Part shown: piece by piece, positions 45,376-54,988 of the stretch
Numbering within the stretch: the stretch's first letter is position 1
Layout: the number at the start of each line of letters is the position of its first letter
Source of the DNA: a virus
Lineage: Duplodnaviria > Caudoviricetes
Virus record (IMG/VR): IMGVR_UViG_3300021185_003947
Strand: one strand, 5' to 3'
DNA: 64,000 nt
Notes under the pieces: model-generated
Database searches by the model: none
What the model saw: only the letters and a program-made list of their open reading frames with translations
Told to the model about the DNA's origin: nothing
Translations under genes and position numbers: made by a program

Positions 45376-45756
45376 TTAGCGGGTTTTACCACCTTTACTA
45401 ATTAATGAATGAATTTTTTCTAGGTGATCCTTCGTCATCAATGGAAGAACTTGATACGCTTTTGCTTTTGAATATCCATAATATTCTTTAATAGCATCAA
45501 TATCTTTTGACTTATCTTCTTTAGTCCATTTAGAAAACCTTTTTCTTTTACGAACAATTTCAAGATAAAAGTCATACTGTAATCTACTATCAATATGAGC
45601 ATTTAAATTCATCTCATTTGCCATTAACACAGTATCATTAAAATAAGATAAACTACGATTTATCATAAAAGCTGGATAATTTTTTTCATCTAAATCATCA
45701 TTCATAATATCTTGTTTAGTTGTATTAATACTATTAAGATAATCAAAAGGACTCAT
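45376..45756 (-). CDS. 62: Clamp loader small subunit (gp62)
   Basis: PFDYLNSIN, INRSLS, ANEMN and RKRFSKW. Confidence 0.93.
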   Translation of the reverse strand: MSPFDYLNSINTTKQDIMNDDLDEKNYPAFMINRSLSYFNDTVLMANEMNLNAHIDSRLQYDFYLEIVRKRKRFSKWTKEDKSKDIDAIKEYYGYSKAKAYQVLPLMTKDHLEKIHSLISKGGKTR

Positions 45757-46337
45757 AATGCTTGCGCCAATGCTTGAATTCTCATGACATCTACAGAAAT
45801 ATCATGTTTTGGATCATGATGAATAAATTTATCTGCTACATCAGCTGGCATAAATTTATTATTTAAATTAGATCCCCATGCCATGCCATCAATAAGAGAC
45901 CGTGTATCTCTTATGGTCCACCAAGGATATGGTGTAACTTGATCAGTGTCTTTCATTAAAAAATCAAAAAAGATTGGATCAAATGTATTACCTCGAGTAT
46001 AAACTTTTTTAAGTTCATCTGGTCTATTTTCAACAAAGAAATCATATAGTTCAGTAATAGATACATCTTCAGTAGATGGTTTTAACTGATATTGAGCTTC
46101 TTTCGGTTGGTTTTTCCACCAATCAATAGTGCTTTGCTGAACAGATCGACCATATTCTTTAACCTGTTCATCAACATTAAATTTAATCATGTGACAATTC
46201 TTTAACAGTTCTTCATACAAATATGGTTTACTAATAAATCGAGATTCATCAAATGAAAGCATAGCAAATGAAATTACTACACCTTTAACTGGATCTTGTG
46301 ATAAGGTTTCAAAATCGTATACAACTGCATTATCCAT
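45753..46337 (-). CDS. dexA: 3'-5' exonuclease (DexA-like, DEDDh)
   Basis: YDFETL, RGNTFD, RDTRS and HDPKHD. Confidence 0.8.
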   Translation of the reverse strand: MDNAVVYDFETLSQDPVKGVVISFAMLSFDESRFISKPYLYEELLKNCHMIKFNVDEQVKEYGRSVQQSTIDWWKNQPKEAQYQLKPSTEDVSITELYDFFVENRPDELKKVYTRGNTFDPIFFDFLMKDTDQVTPYPWWTIRDTRSLIDGMAWGSNLNNKFMPADVADKFIHHDPKHDISVDVMRIQALAQAL

Positions 46338-47281
46338 TATTGGAACTCCACATTAGCCATTAGCTCTGTCATACATGCTACCACATTTAATTCATGGTCA
46401 GCAACAAAAGCATGTTTGTATTGATAGTCTGCAAGAATAAGAACAACCTGTGGTACAGAAGCTGGTTTCATATGGTTATTCATACGATCGTAAATTCCAC
46501 GAAAAATAGCTGAAGCATCGGTGTCAATATTATTAACAACCCAGCTTCTCATTTTCTTAAAATCTTTTTCTTTAATATATTTTAAGAGTAAGTCAATTTC
46601 AGTAACAGAAGAACTAGAAGAACCACTACTACTAAAACTACCACCCACTGATCGTCTTTGAAGTTCATTTAAAACTCTCCTCCAATCTGGAGCATGTTTC
46701 ATAATAATATTAACAAGATCTTTTTGGTCATATGTAATATTTTCTTGTTCAAGAATATTACGAGCATGTTTAAAAAAATCTTTAGCTAATTCGCTTAGAT
46801 CTTTCTTTGAAGTATTAAATTCATATACACCACATCGAGAATGAAGTGGTTCAATGATACGATTCTTAAAATTACAGGTTAAGATAAACCGACAATTGTT
46901 AGAAAACTCTTCAATAAAAGCTCTTAAAGCCGGTTGAGTTGATTGAGCGTTTAAGTAATCAGCTTCATCAAGGATGACTACTTTGTAGCCACCCTGTAAA
47001 GATAATGATGAAGCAAATTGTTTTATTTTACCACGAAGGGTATCAATGTTACCTTCTTCAGAACCATTCACTAAAATGTAATCTAAGTCAAGAGAATTAC
47101 ATAACGCTTTTGCAACAGTAGTTTTGCCAAGACCAGCACTTCCTGTAAATAACATGTTTGGAAGTTCACCGGTCTTAACAATTTCTAAAAATGTTGATTT
47201 TAGTTCAGAAGGTAGGATAGTTCGTTCAATAGTTTGTGGGCGATATTTTTCGACCCACAGAAATTCATTATCAAGATTCAT
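46337..47281 (-). CDS. 44: Clamp loader large subunit (gp44)
   Basis: LWVEKYRP, GSAGLGKTT and DEAD. Confidence 0.96.
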   Translation of the reverse strand: MNLDNEFLWVEKYRPQTIERTILPSELKSTFLEIVKTGELPNMLFTGSAGLGKTTVAKALCNSLDLDYILVNGSEEGNIDTLRGKIKQFASSLSLQGGYKVVILDEADYLNAQSTQPALRAFIEEFSNNCRFILTCNFKNRIIEPLHSRCGVYEFNTSKKDLSELAKDFFKHARNILEQENITYDQKDLVNIIMKHAPDWRRVLNELQRRSVGGSFSSSGSSSSSVTEIDLLLKYIKEKDFKKMRSWVVNNIDTDASAIFRGIYDRMNNHMKPASVPQVVLILADYQYKHAFVADHELNVVACMTELMANVEFQ

Positions 47282-47305
47282 TATATAGTCTATCCTTATT
47301 GGAGT

Positions 47306-47500
47306 TTACTCTTCTTCAGCTTCTTCTTGTTTAAACGATTCGACTACTTGTACTGCTTGAGCACATTGATCACGTAGTTGACCAATTGTGGAAAGCTCTT
47401 CGCCTCGAAATCCACCACGCTGAGTAATAGTATCAATAATAGCAATAGAAGATCGAGAGATCTGATTCATTAGATCATAAGATTTTTTGTGGTCGGCCAT
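47306..47500 (-). CDS. Conserved hypothetical protein
   Basis: IDTITQRGGFRGEELSTIGQLRD; lies between genes 45 and 44. Confidence 0.65.
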   Translation of the reverse strand: MADHKKSYDLMNQISRSSIAIIDTITQRGGFRGEELSTIGQLRDQCAQAVQVVESFKQEEAEEE

Positions 47501-47503
47501 AGT

Positions 47504-48187
47504 TTATTGTTCTCCATAAGTTGATGTTTTTTCAAGTGCAATCCAATAATTCATTGAATTTGCTGAGTTAGTAAATTTAGAAATTAGTTTTGATGAAATT
47601 TCAACGTCGTAATCTCCGGCTAAAACTTTAATATTAGATATATTAAATACAAGTTTATATATACTCTCGTTAGACTCAACTGGTACTGAAATAGAATAAG
47701 TATTTGCTGTTTTATTTTCTACAGTAGTTACAGTTAAACTTGCTAGACCATCGCCATCTGGCTCAATAACTAGTTCATTATGGCCGAGTGCAGCTGCAGC
47801 TCGTTTAATTCTACCTAGTGTAGTATTATCAAGTGTGAAGCTAATATCATGAGCTGGCATTTTGACATCTTTGGTAACAGTAGTAAGCATATCGACATCG
47901 GCATATCTATATTTAATTTTAGATCTACCACTTGAATCAGCAATCGATACATATTCTTCATGAAATTCTAGTTGAGGTGAATCAACTAAGTTGAGTACGC
48001 CAAGGAATTCACTTAAGTCGTAAATGCCAAAGCCTTTTGGAAAGTTTTCTACAACTTCAGCTTTTGCTAAAAGATTTTTAGCTTCTGCAATTGTCTGTAA
48101 AGTATAACCTTCGTTGATAACAATATTCGAATTAATTGCTGAAAAATTCTTAAGAATTTGTAGAGTATTTTCAGTTAGTTCCATCAT
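47504..48187 (-). CDS. 45: Sliding clamp (gp45)
   Basis: LKNFSAINSNI, FGIYDLSEFL and YWIALE. Confidence 0.95.
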   Translation of the reverse strand: MMELTENTLQILKNFSAINSNIVINEGYTLQTIAEAKNLLAKAEVVENFPKGFGIYDLSEFLGVLNLVDSPQLEFHEEYVSIADSSGRSKIKYRYADVDMLTTVTKDVKMPAHDISFTLDNTTLGRIKRAAAALGHNELVIEPDGDGLASLTVTTVENKTANTYSISVPVESNESIYKLVFNISNIKVLAGDYDVEISSKLISKFTNSANSMNYWIALEKTSTYGEQ

Positions 48188-48212
48188 ATATTCTCCATTT
48201 TGATATTAGACT

Positions 48213-48241
48213 ATTATATCATATTTTAGTAATAATGTAAA
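48213..48241 (-). promoter_or_regulatory. sigma70-type early promoter for gene 45
   Basis: GTTTACA-N17-TATAAT. Confidence 0.8.
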
Positions 48242-48245
48242 CAAT

Positions 48246-49961
48246 TTATTTGACTTTACTAAAATTTTTATCTTTATAAAATTCAAGTTTTTCTTTAAAC
48301 TTGCCGTCAAGAATTTCTCCTTTATGTGATATTACAAAAACATTAGTATCATCATCAAGTGTATGAAGTATTTTCATTAGATTGTCTACACCATCATGAT
48401 CAAGAGAGCTATCGAATGTTTCATCAAGTATTAGAAGATTTGTTGCAACTGAGTTTTTCATCTTAGCAATTTGACGCCAAGTAAAGAGAAGTGCCAAATC
48501 AATTCGTTGTTTTTCTCCTTCTGAAAATGAATCATATGAGAAGGCATCACGATGACGAGAGCGAATTGTTTCTTGGAAACTTTCATCTAGATTAAAATGA
48601 ACAAAGAAATCTAGAACCTGAAGATACTGATTAACCAGTTTGTTGATAACAGGAATATATTGTTTGATGACCTTCGTCTTAATTCCAGTATCTTTAAGCA
48701 TTTCACTCATAACACTATTGTAAGAATGTTGCTCATTTAATTCAAATCTTGATTCCATATATCCTTCCATTTTAGTTCGCATATCAAGTAGATCAGAATT
48801 AGCAGTAGAAAGATCACCTTCTCTTGATGTCAGTCTAGAAATATCATTATTATATTCACTAATTTGGTTTTGGTATATTTCTATATTTTGATTATTAGAA
48901 TGTAATGTTGATTGTTTTTCTCTTATTTCTTCGTGTACTTTTGTCCATTTATCTAAATTTTCTGTTATCTCTTCGGCATGTACCTGTAATTGATCCATCT
49001 TCTTTTTAATGTCAACCGCTTCGGTTTTGAGGCTATCAATTTTCCCTTGCTTAAAATTCGGTTCAATCGCCTGTGTACAGGTAGGACAGTTGTCATTCTC
49101 TTTGTAAAATTTTGAATTGATAACGATGTTCTTAATGGAAGATGATGCTGTAGCCTTATCTGACAAAATGATCTGTTTTTTATCATTTGCTGTTTTGAGG
49201 GCCGTGGAACATTTTTCGGCATACTCTTGAATAAAAGATGAAAGTTCGGAATTAGATAATTGTAGGTCTTTGATGATCTCTTGTACTTCTTTAATTTTTT
49301 CTTCTTTATCATTGATCTCATCCGTGTTAATTTGAGTTATATCTCTAATATATTTTTTTTGAGATTCTATTTTATTTTTTACAATGTCCAATTTATAATT
49401 TAATTCTTTAAGATTTTCTTTTAATATAGCATTTTTTTCTTTAATAAGAATATTCATTTTTGAAAATATATTAATATCAAGTAAATCTTCAATCACATCT
49501 CTTCGATGTTGAGCTGGCAACTGCATGAATGGAATAAATGAACTGCTACCAAGAACAACAATTTGATGAAATGATTTATGATTTAATTTAAGAAGATTTT
49601 GTTCAAGTATTTTTTGATATTCTTTAGCATGTGATGATTGATTTAATAATTGATCATTACGCCAAATTTCAAATATTCCAGGTTTAATTCCTCGTACAAC
49701 TTTATATTCGTATTTACCAATTGTAAAGTTAACTTCAACAATACAATCTTTATTATTAATAGAGTTTACCAATTGAGGTTTATTAATATTACGATGAGGT
49801 TTTCCAAACAACGCAAAGGACAAAGCATCTAGCATAGTTGATTTGCCAGACCCATTATGACCAACAATTAATGTTGAAGATATTTTATTTAAGTTTATTT
49901 CTGTCCACTTATTACCAGTTGATAAAAAGTTTTTCCATCTAAGATTTTTAAATACTATCAT
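48246..49961 (-). CDS. 46: Recombination endonuclease ATPase subunit (gp46, Rad50/SbcC-like)
   Basis: KNFLSTGN, GHNGSGKST, CPTC, FSEGEK and LDETFD. Confidence 0.96.
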   Translation of the reverse strand: MIVFKNLRWKNFLSTGNKWTEINLNKISSTLIVGHNGSGKSTMLDALSFALFGKPHRNINKPQLVNSINNKDCIVEVNFTIGKYEYKVVRGIKPGIFEIWRNDQLLNQSSHAKEYQKILEQNLLKLNHKSFHQIVVLGSSSFIPFMQLPAQHRRDVIEDLLDINIFSKMNILIKEKNAILKENLKELNYKLDIVKNKIESQKKYIRDITQINTDEINDKEEKIKEVQEIIKDLQLSNSELSSFIQEYAEKCSTALKTANDKKQIILSDKATASSSIKNIVINSKFYKENDNCPTCTQAIEPNFKQGKIDSLKTEAVDIKKKMDQLQVHAEEITENLDKWTKVHEEIREKQSTLHSNNQNIEIYQNQISEYNNDISRLTSREGDLSTANSDLLDMRTKMEGYMESRFELNEQHSYNSVMSEMLKDTGIKTKVIKQYIPVINKLVNQYLQVLDFFVHFNLDESFQETIRSRHRDAFSYDSFSEGEKQRIDLALLFTWRQIAKMKNSVATNLLILDETFDSSLDHDGVDNLMKILHTLDDDTNVFVISHKGEILDGKFKEKLEFYKDKNFSKVK

Positions 49962-51034
49962 ACTACTTCAAGCGCCTGTGCTTCTGTTAAAAGTTTTCTC
50001 ATATCAATCTTAATTCTGTCTTTATCTAATTCAGTGTCAACTGATTCAACATAACTATCTAACAATGTTGAAGTATCTTCAAGTGATATACCTTCATCTT
50101 CAACATTTTCTCCAATAAACTCTTCAAAGTTTTCGGCAATTTTTAGTTCATGTATCTTCCTATTCTGTATTCTATCAACAAATCGATCAAATGTAAATAG
50201 GTCTTGTTTATTTTTTACAACTATTTTTACAAATTTATAATCTAAATGATCTAGTTTCATATCTAAATAATTATAATTCGAATCATCATATATAATTCGC
50301 TCATACAAAGTATGAGGATTACGAATGGCTTCAATGTTTCGAGTTTCAGTATCAATGACATGAAAGTACTTGTTATCATGAGCATCATTCCAAAAAAATT
50401 CCATTTGCGAACCAAGATACATTACGTTGTCTCGTTGTGATTTTGTATGAAAATGACCAGATAATACTTTTTCAAATCTATTAAAAATATTATGATCCAT
50501 GCCATGTTGGTTAACAATACCAGCCATCAGATTAAAACCAGATAATTCTAAATGACCGCCTAGCCAATCAGCTTTACAGTTTTTAATAAAGTTCATAGAC
50601 TCATCATGATTTTCTGGAGTAATCCATGGCAACATTGCAAACTTAAATGAATCATATTCCATTACTGTTGGTTTCATCACAATGTGAATTTCATTCATAA
50701 AGTGACCAAGTAGTTCTTTAAGAGAATTCAGATCATTTGTATTTTTATAATAAGTATCATGATTACCTGGCATAATGTCCATAGCAATACCAAGATCTCT
50801 TAATCGATTAAGAAAATGTTTTCTATTTGAATTAAGAGCTTTAAAATTAACAAACTTACGATGATCATAGTAATCACCAAGGTGAATTATTTGTTTAATA
50901 TTATGTTCTTTACAATATGGAAAAAATATTTTGTCATAAAAAGTATTTGCATTATCTAAGAATATGTCTGAGCTATTTCTAATACCACAATGAGTATCAT
51001 TCAGTACGGCTATTTTCATGCTTTTACGTCCCAA
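49958..51034 (-). CDS. 47: Recombination nuclease subunit (gp47, Mre11/SbcD-like)
   Basis: DTHCG, LGDYYD, GNHD and SGHFH; likely start MKIAVL at 51019. Confidence 0.95.
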   Translation of the reverse strand: MGRKSMKIAVLNDTHCGIRNSSDIFLDNANTFYDKIFFPYCKEHNIKQIIHLGDYYDHRKFVNFKALNSNRKHFLNRLRDLGIAMDIMPGNHDTYYKNTNDLNSLKELLGHFMNEIHIVMKPTVMEYDSFKFAMLPWITPENHDESMNFIKNCKADWLGGHLELSGFNLMAGIVNQHGMDHNIFNRFEKVLSGHFHTKSQRDNVMYLGSQMEFFWNDAHDNKYFHVIDTETRNIEAIRNPHTLYERIIYDDSNYNYLDMKLDHLDYKFVKIVVKNKQDLFTFDRFVDRIQNRKIHELKIAENFEEFIGENVEDEGISLEDTSTLLDSYVESVDTELDKDRIKIDMRKLLTEAQALEVV

Positions 51035-51237
51035 TCTGCTTTTTCTTCAAGAGTCCATTGTACTGCTTGATAATAGTCTTTGTCTTCGTCGTTCATATGT
51101 GCAGCAAATAAACTAACTTTCGCCATTTGATTTAGTAGGTCAGTTTTACCTTCTATTAAATGATCCTGTCCAGGTGATTCCATAATAGCTTGAATAGCAT
51201 CCATATGAAGCTTAATTCTTTCTTGTATTTTACTCAC
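51016..51237 (-). CDS. Conserved hypothetical protein
   Basis: 73 aa between genes 55 and 47. Confidence 0.6.
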   Translation of the reverse strand: MSKIQERIKLHMDAIQAIMESPGQDHLIEGKTDLLNQMAKVSLFAAHMNDEDKDYYQAVQWTLEEKADWDVKA

Positions 51238-51824
51238 TCTAAGAAATCCTGTAAGTCTGAGTCAACTGTACGAGCTCTTTTCTTTGGTGTCTTATTAGCT
51301 TTAGCAAAAGTTTTAAGCTCGGTATCATATTCTTTTACTTTACTAATTCTATCTTTTAAAGTATCAACAAAGTGCGTAGCTACCTGAGTCGATTCTTCAC
51401 TACTAGAAGAAGTGATAAACGCTTCAACTCCAGATTGCAACATATACTTTTCTTTAATCTCTTGCTGTTTCTTTTCCTTTGTAATTCTACGAAGAAAAGC
51501 AAACCAAATAATTTGAGTAAAATAAGCAAATGCGTTTGGTTTGCCTGAACGAGTTTTAGCATCAATATTATAGTTTTCAACAGCTTTTAGACAATTTTCA
51601 ACTGCATCCATAACCATTTCTTCACGATAAGTATATCGTATAAAATTAGACTTATGTGAAAGATTTTCAGCAATTTTTAAAAAAGATATAGCAATATCAT
51701 CAGGAACAATTGGTAAAACATCGTTATTTTCTTTAGCTTCAGAAACAGTTTTTACATAGTTGACTACTGATAATGAGAATTCAGCATTATTTACATAATG
51801 TACATTTTTAGTTTTTTTGGGCAT
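51234..51824 (-). CDS. 55: Late sigma factor (gp55)
   Basis: HYVNNAEF, YTYREEMVMDAVENCL and NAFAYFTQI. Confidence 0.95.
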   Translation of the reverse strand: MPKKTKNVHYVNNAEFSLSVVNYVKTVSEAKENNDVLPIVPDDIAISFLKIAENLSHKSNFIRYTYREEMVMDAVENCLKAVENYNIDAKTRSGKPNAFAYFTQIIWFAFLRRITKEKKQQEIKEKYMLQSGVEAFITSSSSEESTQVATHFVDTLKDRISKVKEYDTELKTFAKANKTPKKRARTVDSDLQDFLE

Positions 51825-51855
51825 AATGTTTATATCTCCACATAATATATTAGTA

Positions 51856-51884
51856 ATTATAAACTATTTTTTGTTGTTTGTAAA
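51856..51884 (-). promoter_or_regulatory. sigma70-type promoter for gene 55
   Basis: TTTACA-N17-TATAAT. Confidence 0.8.
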
Positions 51885-51916
51885 TAAATTTATTTTTAAA
51901 ATATTGAAAATAACTG

Positions 51917-51945
51917 TTTACATACCGCAAAAAATGTGGTATAAT
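51917..51945 (+). promoter_or_regulatory. Consensus sigma70-type promoter pointing antisense into the uvsW operon
   Basis: GTTTACA-N17-TATAAT with an extended -10 TG. Confidence 0.65.
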
Positions 51946-51975
51946 AAAGAGTATTCTTTAAAGGGAAGGTAGTAT

Positions 51976-52404
51976 CTAATGAAGTTTATTCTTCGAAATC
52001 TTATTAAATGATAAGGTTACTACGTTTTTATTCTGATGATCAGATTCTCCGATAAGATCTAATTGAACTAAATCTTTTTCTCTAATTTCTTCATTTGCCA
52101 TATCTACTATTCTAGATAGAGCTAATTCATATTGTTTAAGTAATTCAGTATGCGGATTAGACAACGCCATACAATGATACGCATTAATAGTAATTACTTC
52201 ATCTTTATGTTCAACATATGTCATCCAAGGTTTAAGAACATATAAAGTTGTAGTGTATTGTTCTGTATCATTACTTTGAGCTCTAAACTTATCAATTAAT
52301 AAACAGTATCTTACAACTAAATCATCTTCAAGTTCTTCTAAAATTTCACAAATAATTTCGTCGCCGTTTACCATTTTGATTTGTTTAACGTTATCTACAA
52401 TCAT
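51976..52404 (-). CDS. Conserved T4-like hypothetical protein
   Basis: KQIKMVNGDEII...LKPWM; typical position between uvsW and 55. Confidence 0.7.
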   Translation of the reverse strand: MIVDNVKQIKMVNGDEIICEILEELEDDLVVRYCLLIDKFRAQSNDTEQYTTTLYVLKPWMTYVEHKDEVITINAYHCMALSNPHTELLKQYELALSRIVDMANEEIREKDLVQLDLIGESDHQNKNVVTLSFNKISKNKLH

Positions 52405-52408
52405 TACT

Positions 52409-53911
52409 CTAAACCTTTATTTTATATATTTTGAAATTAAATTGCTCTCTTTTATATATTTTGATTCTTTCTTCGGAATGTAACAGCGTATAATTTTTCT
52501 TCGATTTATGTTGTATATCGTCTGATATATCATATAGTTTAGTAGTTACTCCATTGTCGCTTTTTCTGAGTCCTCGTCCAATGCTTTGGAGGACTTTGAT
52601 TTGTGATTTTGATGGGCTCGCAAAAATGATATTATGAAGATTACGTATGTTAATCCCTGTACTAAAAGTCCCGAGACTAGCCACGATAATCGCATCTTTT
52701 TGTTTCTCCGTTATTTTTCTTATAGCTTCTCTATCAGTAGCTTCAGTTGCACCACTAACAAAGAACACCTTTCTATTTATATCAGCTTTAGATTGTATTA
52801 ATTCATATAAAATTTTACCATGTTTTTCCACAAATTGAAATAATACTAATGAATTACCTTTTTGATCAAGAGCAAGATTTCTTATAAAATGATTTCGTTT
52901 TTCATTTCCAATTATAAAGTTTATTTCTTGTTGGTAAGTACTTCCACTAATTAATTGTCTTACATCATCAGCATGTTCTAATCTTAAAATAAAAATATCA
53001 AGAGCAGCTAATGTCTCTTTATCCTGTAATGCTTTAGTTGTAGTAACTTTCATTACCTTTCCAAACAATCCTTCAAGTACTAATTTATGTGTTTGTGTAC
53101 CATCAAGTGTTCCAGTTGTACCAAATCTATAAACTGTTGTTTTAGCTTTGTTCATAATATTAGATAACGATTTTGATTTGAATCCATGAACCTCATCACC
53201 AAATATAACGCCAAATTGACTAAACCATGTCATAGGTAATTTATATATTGATTGCCATGTACTAATAAAAACGTTTTCAGATATATTCATTTTAGCTTGA
53301 CCAGAAAAAATTGCATGACAATCATCTTTAGAAAAGCTATCATCATGAGATGAATAATCATCAAAGTCTGATAACATTTGTTGAACAAGCGAAGTTGTTG
53401 GTACGATTACTAAAACCTTTTCATCGTGATTGGCCATGTACCATCTCATCAAAACATAAATTATTAATGATTTTCCAGATCCAGTTGGTGATAGTAAAAT
53501 TGCTCGTTTTTTTCTAATGCTTTCACAAATAGCATTAAACTGATAATCTCTTACTTCAATTTGATTACCTTTACTATGAATATTAAGAGATTTAATAAAA
53601 TCCATTATATCTTTAACATCAATTTTATTAAATGATTCTGGAGGACCAAATGGACCGTCTTCATATTCAACAGCATAATCACGTTTTTCAGCAAACTCTT
53701 TTACATATGGCAATAAACCAACTGGCAATTCATAATTTGCGGGATTAAATAATCTTACCTTACCATCCCAGACTTTATTACGATATAAAGGCATGTACTT
53801 ATAACCTGGAACAAAAAACGAAAAGTACTCACTTAATTCCATTGCAATACCATTATCACAACCAATAAGTAACATAGCTTCATTTTTCTTTTGTAGTAAA
53901 ATTCTATCCAC
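52409..53911 (-). CDS. uvsW: DNA helicase UvsW
   Basis: RDYQ, SPTGSGKS, DEVH, GTTGT and QSIGRGLR. Confidence 0.96.
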   Translation of the reverse strand: MDRILLQKKNEAMLLIGCDNGIAMELSEYFSFFVPGYKYMPLYRNKVWDGKVRLFNPANYELPVGLLPYVKEFAEKRDYAVEYEDGPFGPPESFNKIDVKDIMDFIKSLNIHSKGNQIEVRDYQFNAICESIRKKRAILLSPTGSGKSLIIYVLMRWYMANHDEKVLVIVPTTSLVQQMLSDFDDYSSHDDSFSKDDCHAIFSGQAKMNISENVFISTWQSIYKLPMTWFSQFGVIFGDEVHGFKSKSLSNIMNKAKTTVYRFGTTGTLDGTQTHKLVLEGLFGKVMKVTTTKALQDKETLAALDIFILRLEHADDVRQLISGSTYQQEINFIIGNEKRNHFIRNLALDQKGNSLVLFQFVEKHGKILYELIQSKADINRKVFFVSGATEATDREAIRKITEKQKDAIIVASLGTFSTGINIRNLHNIIFASPSKSQIKVLQSIGRGLRKSDNGVTTKLYDISDDIQHKSKKNYTLLHSEERIKIYKREQFNFKIYKIKV

Positions 53912-54350
53912 CGGCTTGAAACATCTTCCATTTTATAATATTGCTAATTGTTTGGTGCTTCCAACGTAATGTATCTACTATTTCTGTAAGTGTTTCCACT
54001 GTTGTTTTAAAATAAATTACTTTTTCTTCACTCTGTTGTATATCTATATCTGAATCATAATAGCGATTCATATCACCTTTCATGATTTTCATTCCACGAA
54101 ATGGATCAAATTCCCATCCTTTTTCGATAAGTTCATCTTCAGTCATCTTTCCATTATAATAAAGCCATTTTTCTTTAAGCAATATTTTTTGGTTAAGTTC
54201 TGTCTTTTTTAGCTTGAGTTTTGTAATAGATAACATTTCAAGATATTTTGCGTGCAACTTAGCTATTTCAATTGAACTTTTATCTAAATTGTTTTCATCT
54301 ATTTCGCAGTCGGTCTGCCATTCTTCAAGTATATTTTCAAGTGTTAACAA
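53904..54350 (-). CDS. uvsY: Recombination mediator UvsY (TTG start)
   Basis: LHAKYL...KWLYYNGK...MNRYYDSD; synteny with uvsW; GGAGA SD. Confidence 0.85.
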   Translation of the reverse strand: MLTLENILEEWQTDCEIDENNLDKSSIEIAKLHAKYLEMLSITKLKLKKTELNQKILLKEKWLYYNGKMTEDELIEKGWEFDPFRGMKIMKGDMNRYYDSDIDIQQSEEKVIYFKTTVETLTEIVDTLRWKHQTISNIIKWKMFQAGG

Positions 54351-54383
54351 ATCATTTCTCCATAATATAAAAATATATATACA

Positions 54384-54902
54384 TCAAGTTATAGTAAAAT
54401 ACTCATTTCTAAATGAGGCTTGAAATGTAACCTGTGATGGTTCACCTACTGTTGCAGCAAAATTTAATGAGCTTAGTGACGTTGGAACACAATCAATATA
54501 TTTTATTGTTTTAACAACTTTGTTCGAATTTGTTAATAGTAAAACAGTGATGTCTGCTTCATGTGTGTCTGTTGGAGATGGTATGTCACGATATAAAGGA
54601 TTATCACCAAGAATTCCTCTTCTATCTTCTGTTTGAGATTTTGCCCAATTATACATCTCGATGTAAGAATTCATATTTTCATCTACTATTACTTCAAAAC
54701 CTAATTCATCAATGGTTAAAGTGTCACCAGGCAAACCAACTGTAGAAATTCTTTTATACGCCATTGGAGCAGAAGTAACCGTAACACCAGGATGCTGAAA
54801 TGATTGAGCAAAAAATTCTAAATTGCCGAATTTTTTTCTATCAATTATTACTTTAAACTGCGTACTTTGTAGAAAATTAATGTTAGTTGTTAATTCTGCC
54901 AT
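54384..54902 (-). CDS. 3: Tail tube terminator / tail completion protein (gp3-like)
   Basis: NFLQSTQFK, PGDTLTIDEL..VDENMNSYIEMYNW; synteny and late promoter. Confidence 0.75.
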   Translation of the reverse strand: MAELTTNINFLQSTQFKVIIDRKKFGNLEFFAQSFQHPGVTVTSAPMAYKRISTVGLPGDTLTIDELGFEVIVDENMNSYIEMYNWAKSQTEDRRGILGDNPLYRDIPSPTDTHEADITVLLLTNSNKVVKTIKYIDCVPTSLSSLNFAATVGEPSQVTFQASFRNEYFTIT

Positions 54903-54924
54903 ATTAAACTCCTTTAACTACTAC

Positions 54925-54950
54925 TATTTATATTTTTCTACATATAAATA
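54925..54950. promoter_or_regulatory. Back-to-back late promoters (minus 54925-54932, plus 54943-54950)
   Basis: Two exact TATAAATA motifs in divergent orientation. Confidence 0.8.
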
Positions 54951-54988
54951 CACATATAATATAAAATTTAAGTAATGGTATAATTTTA

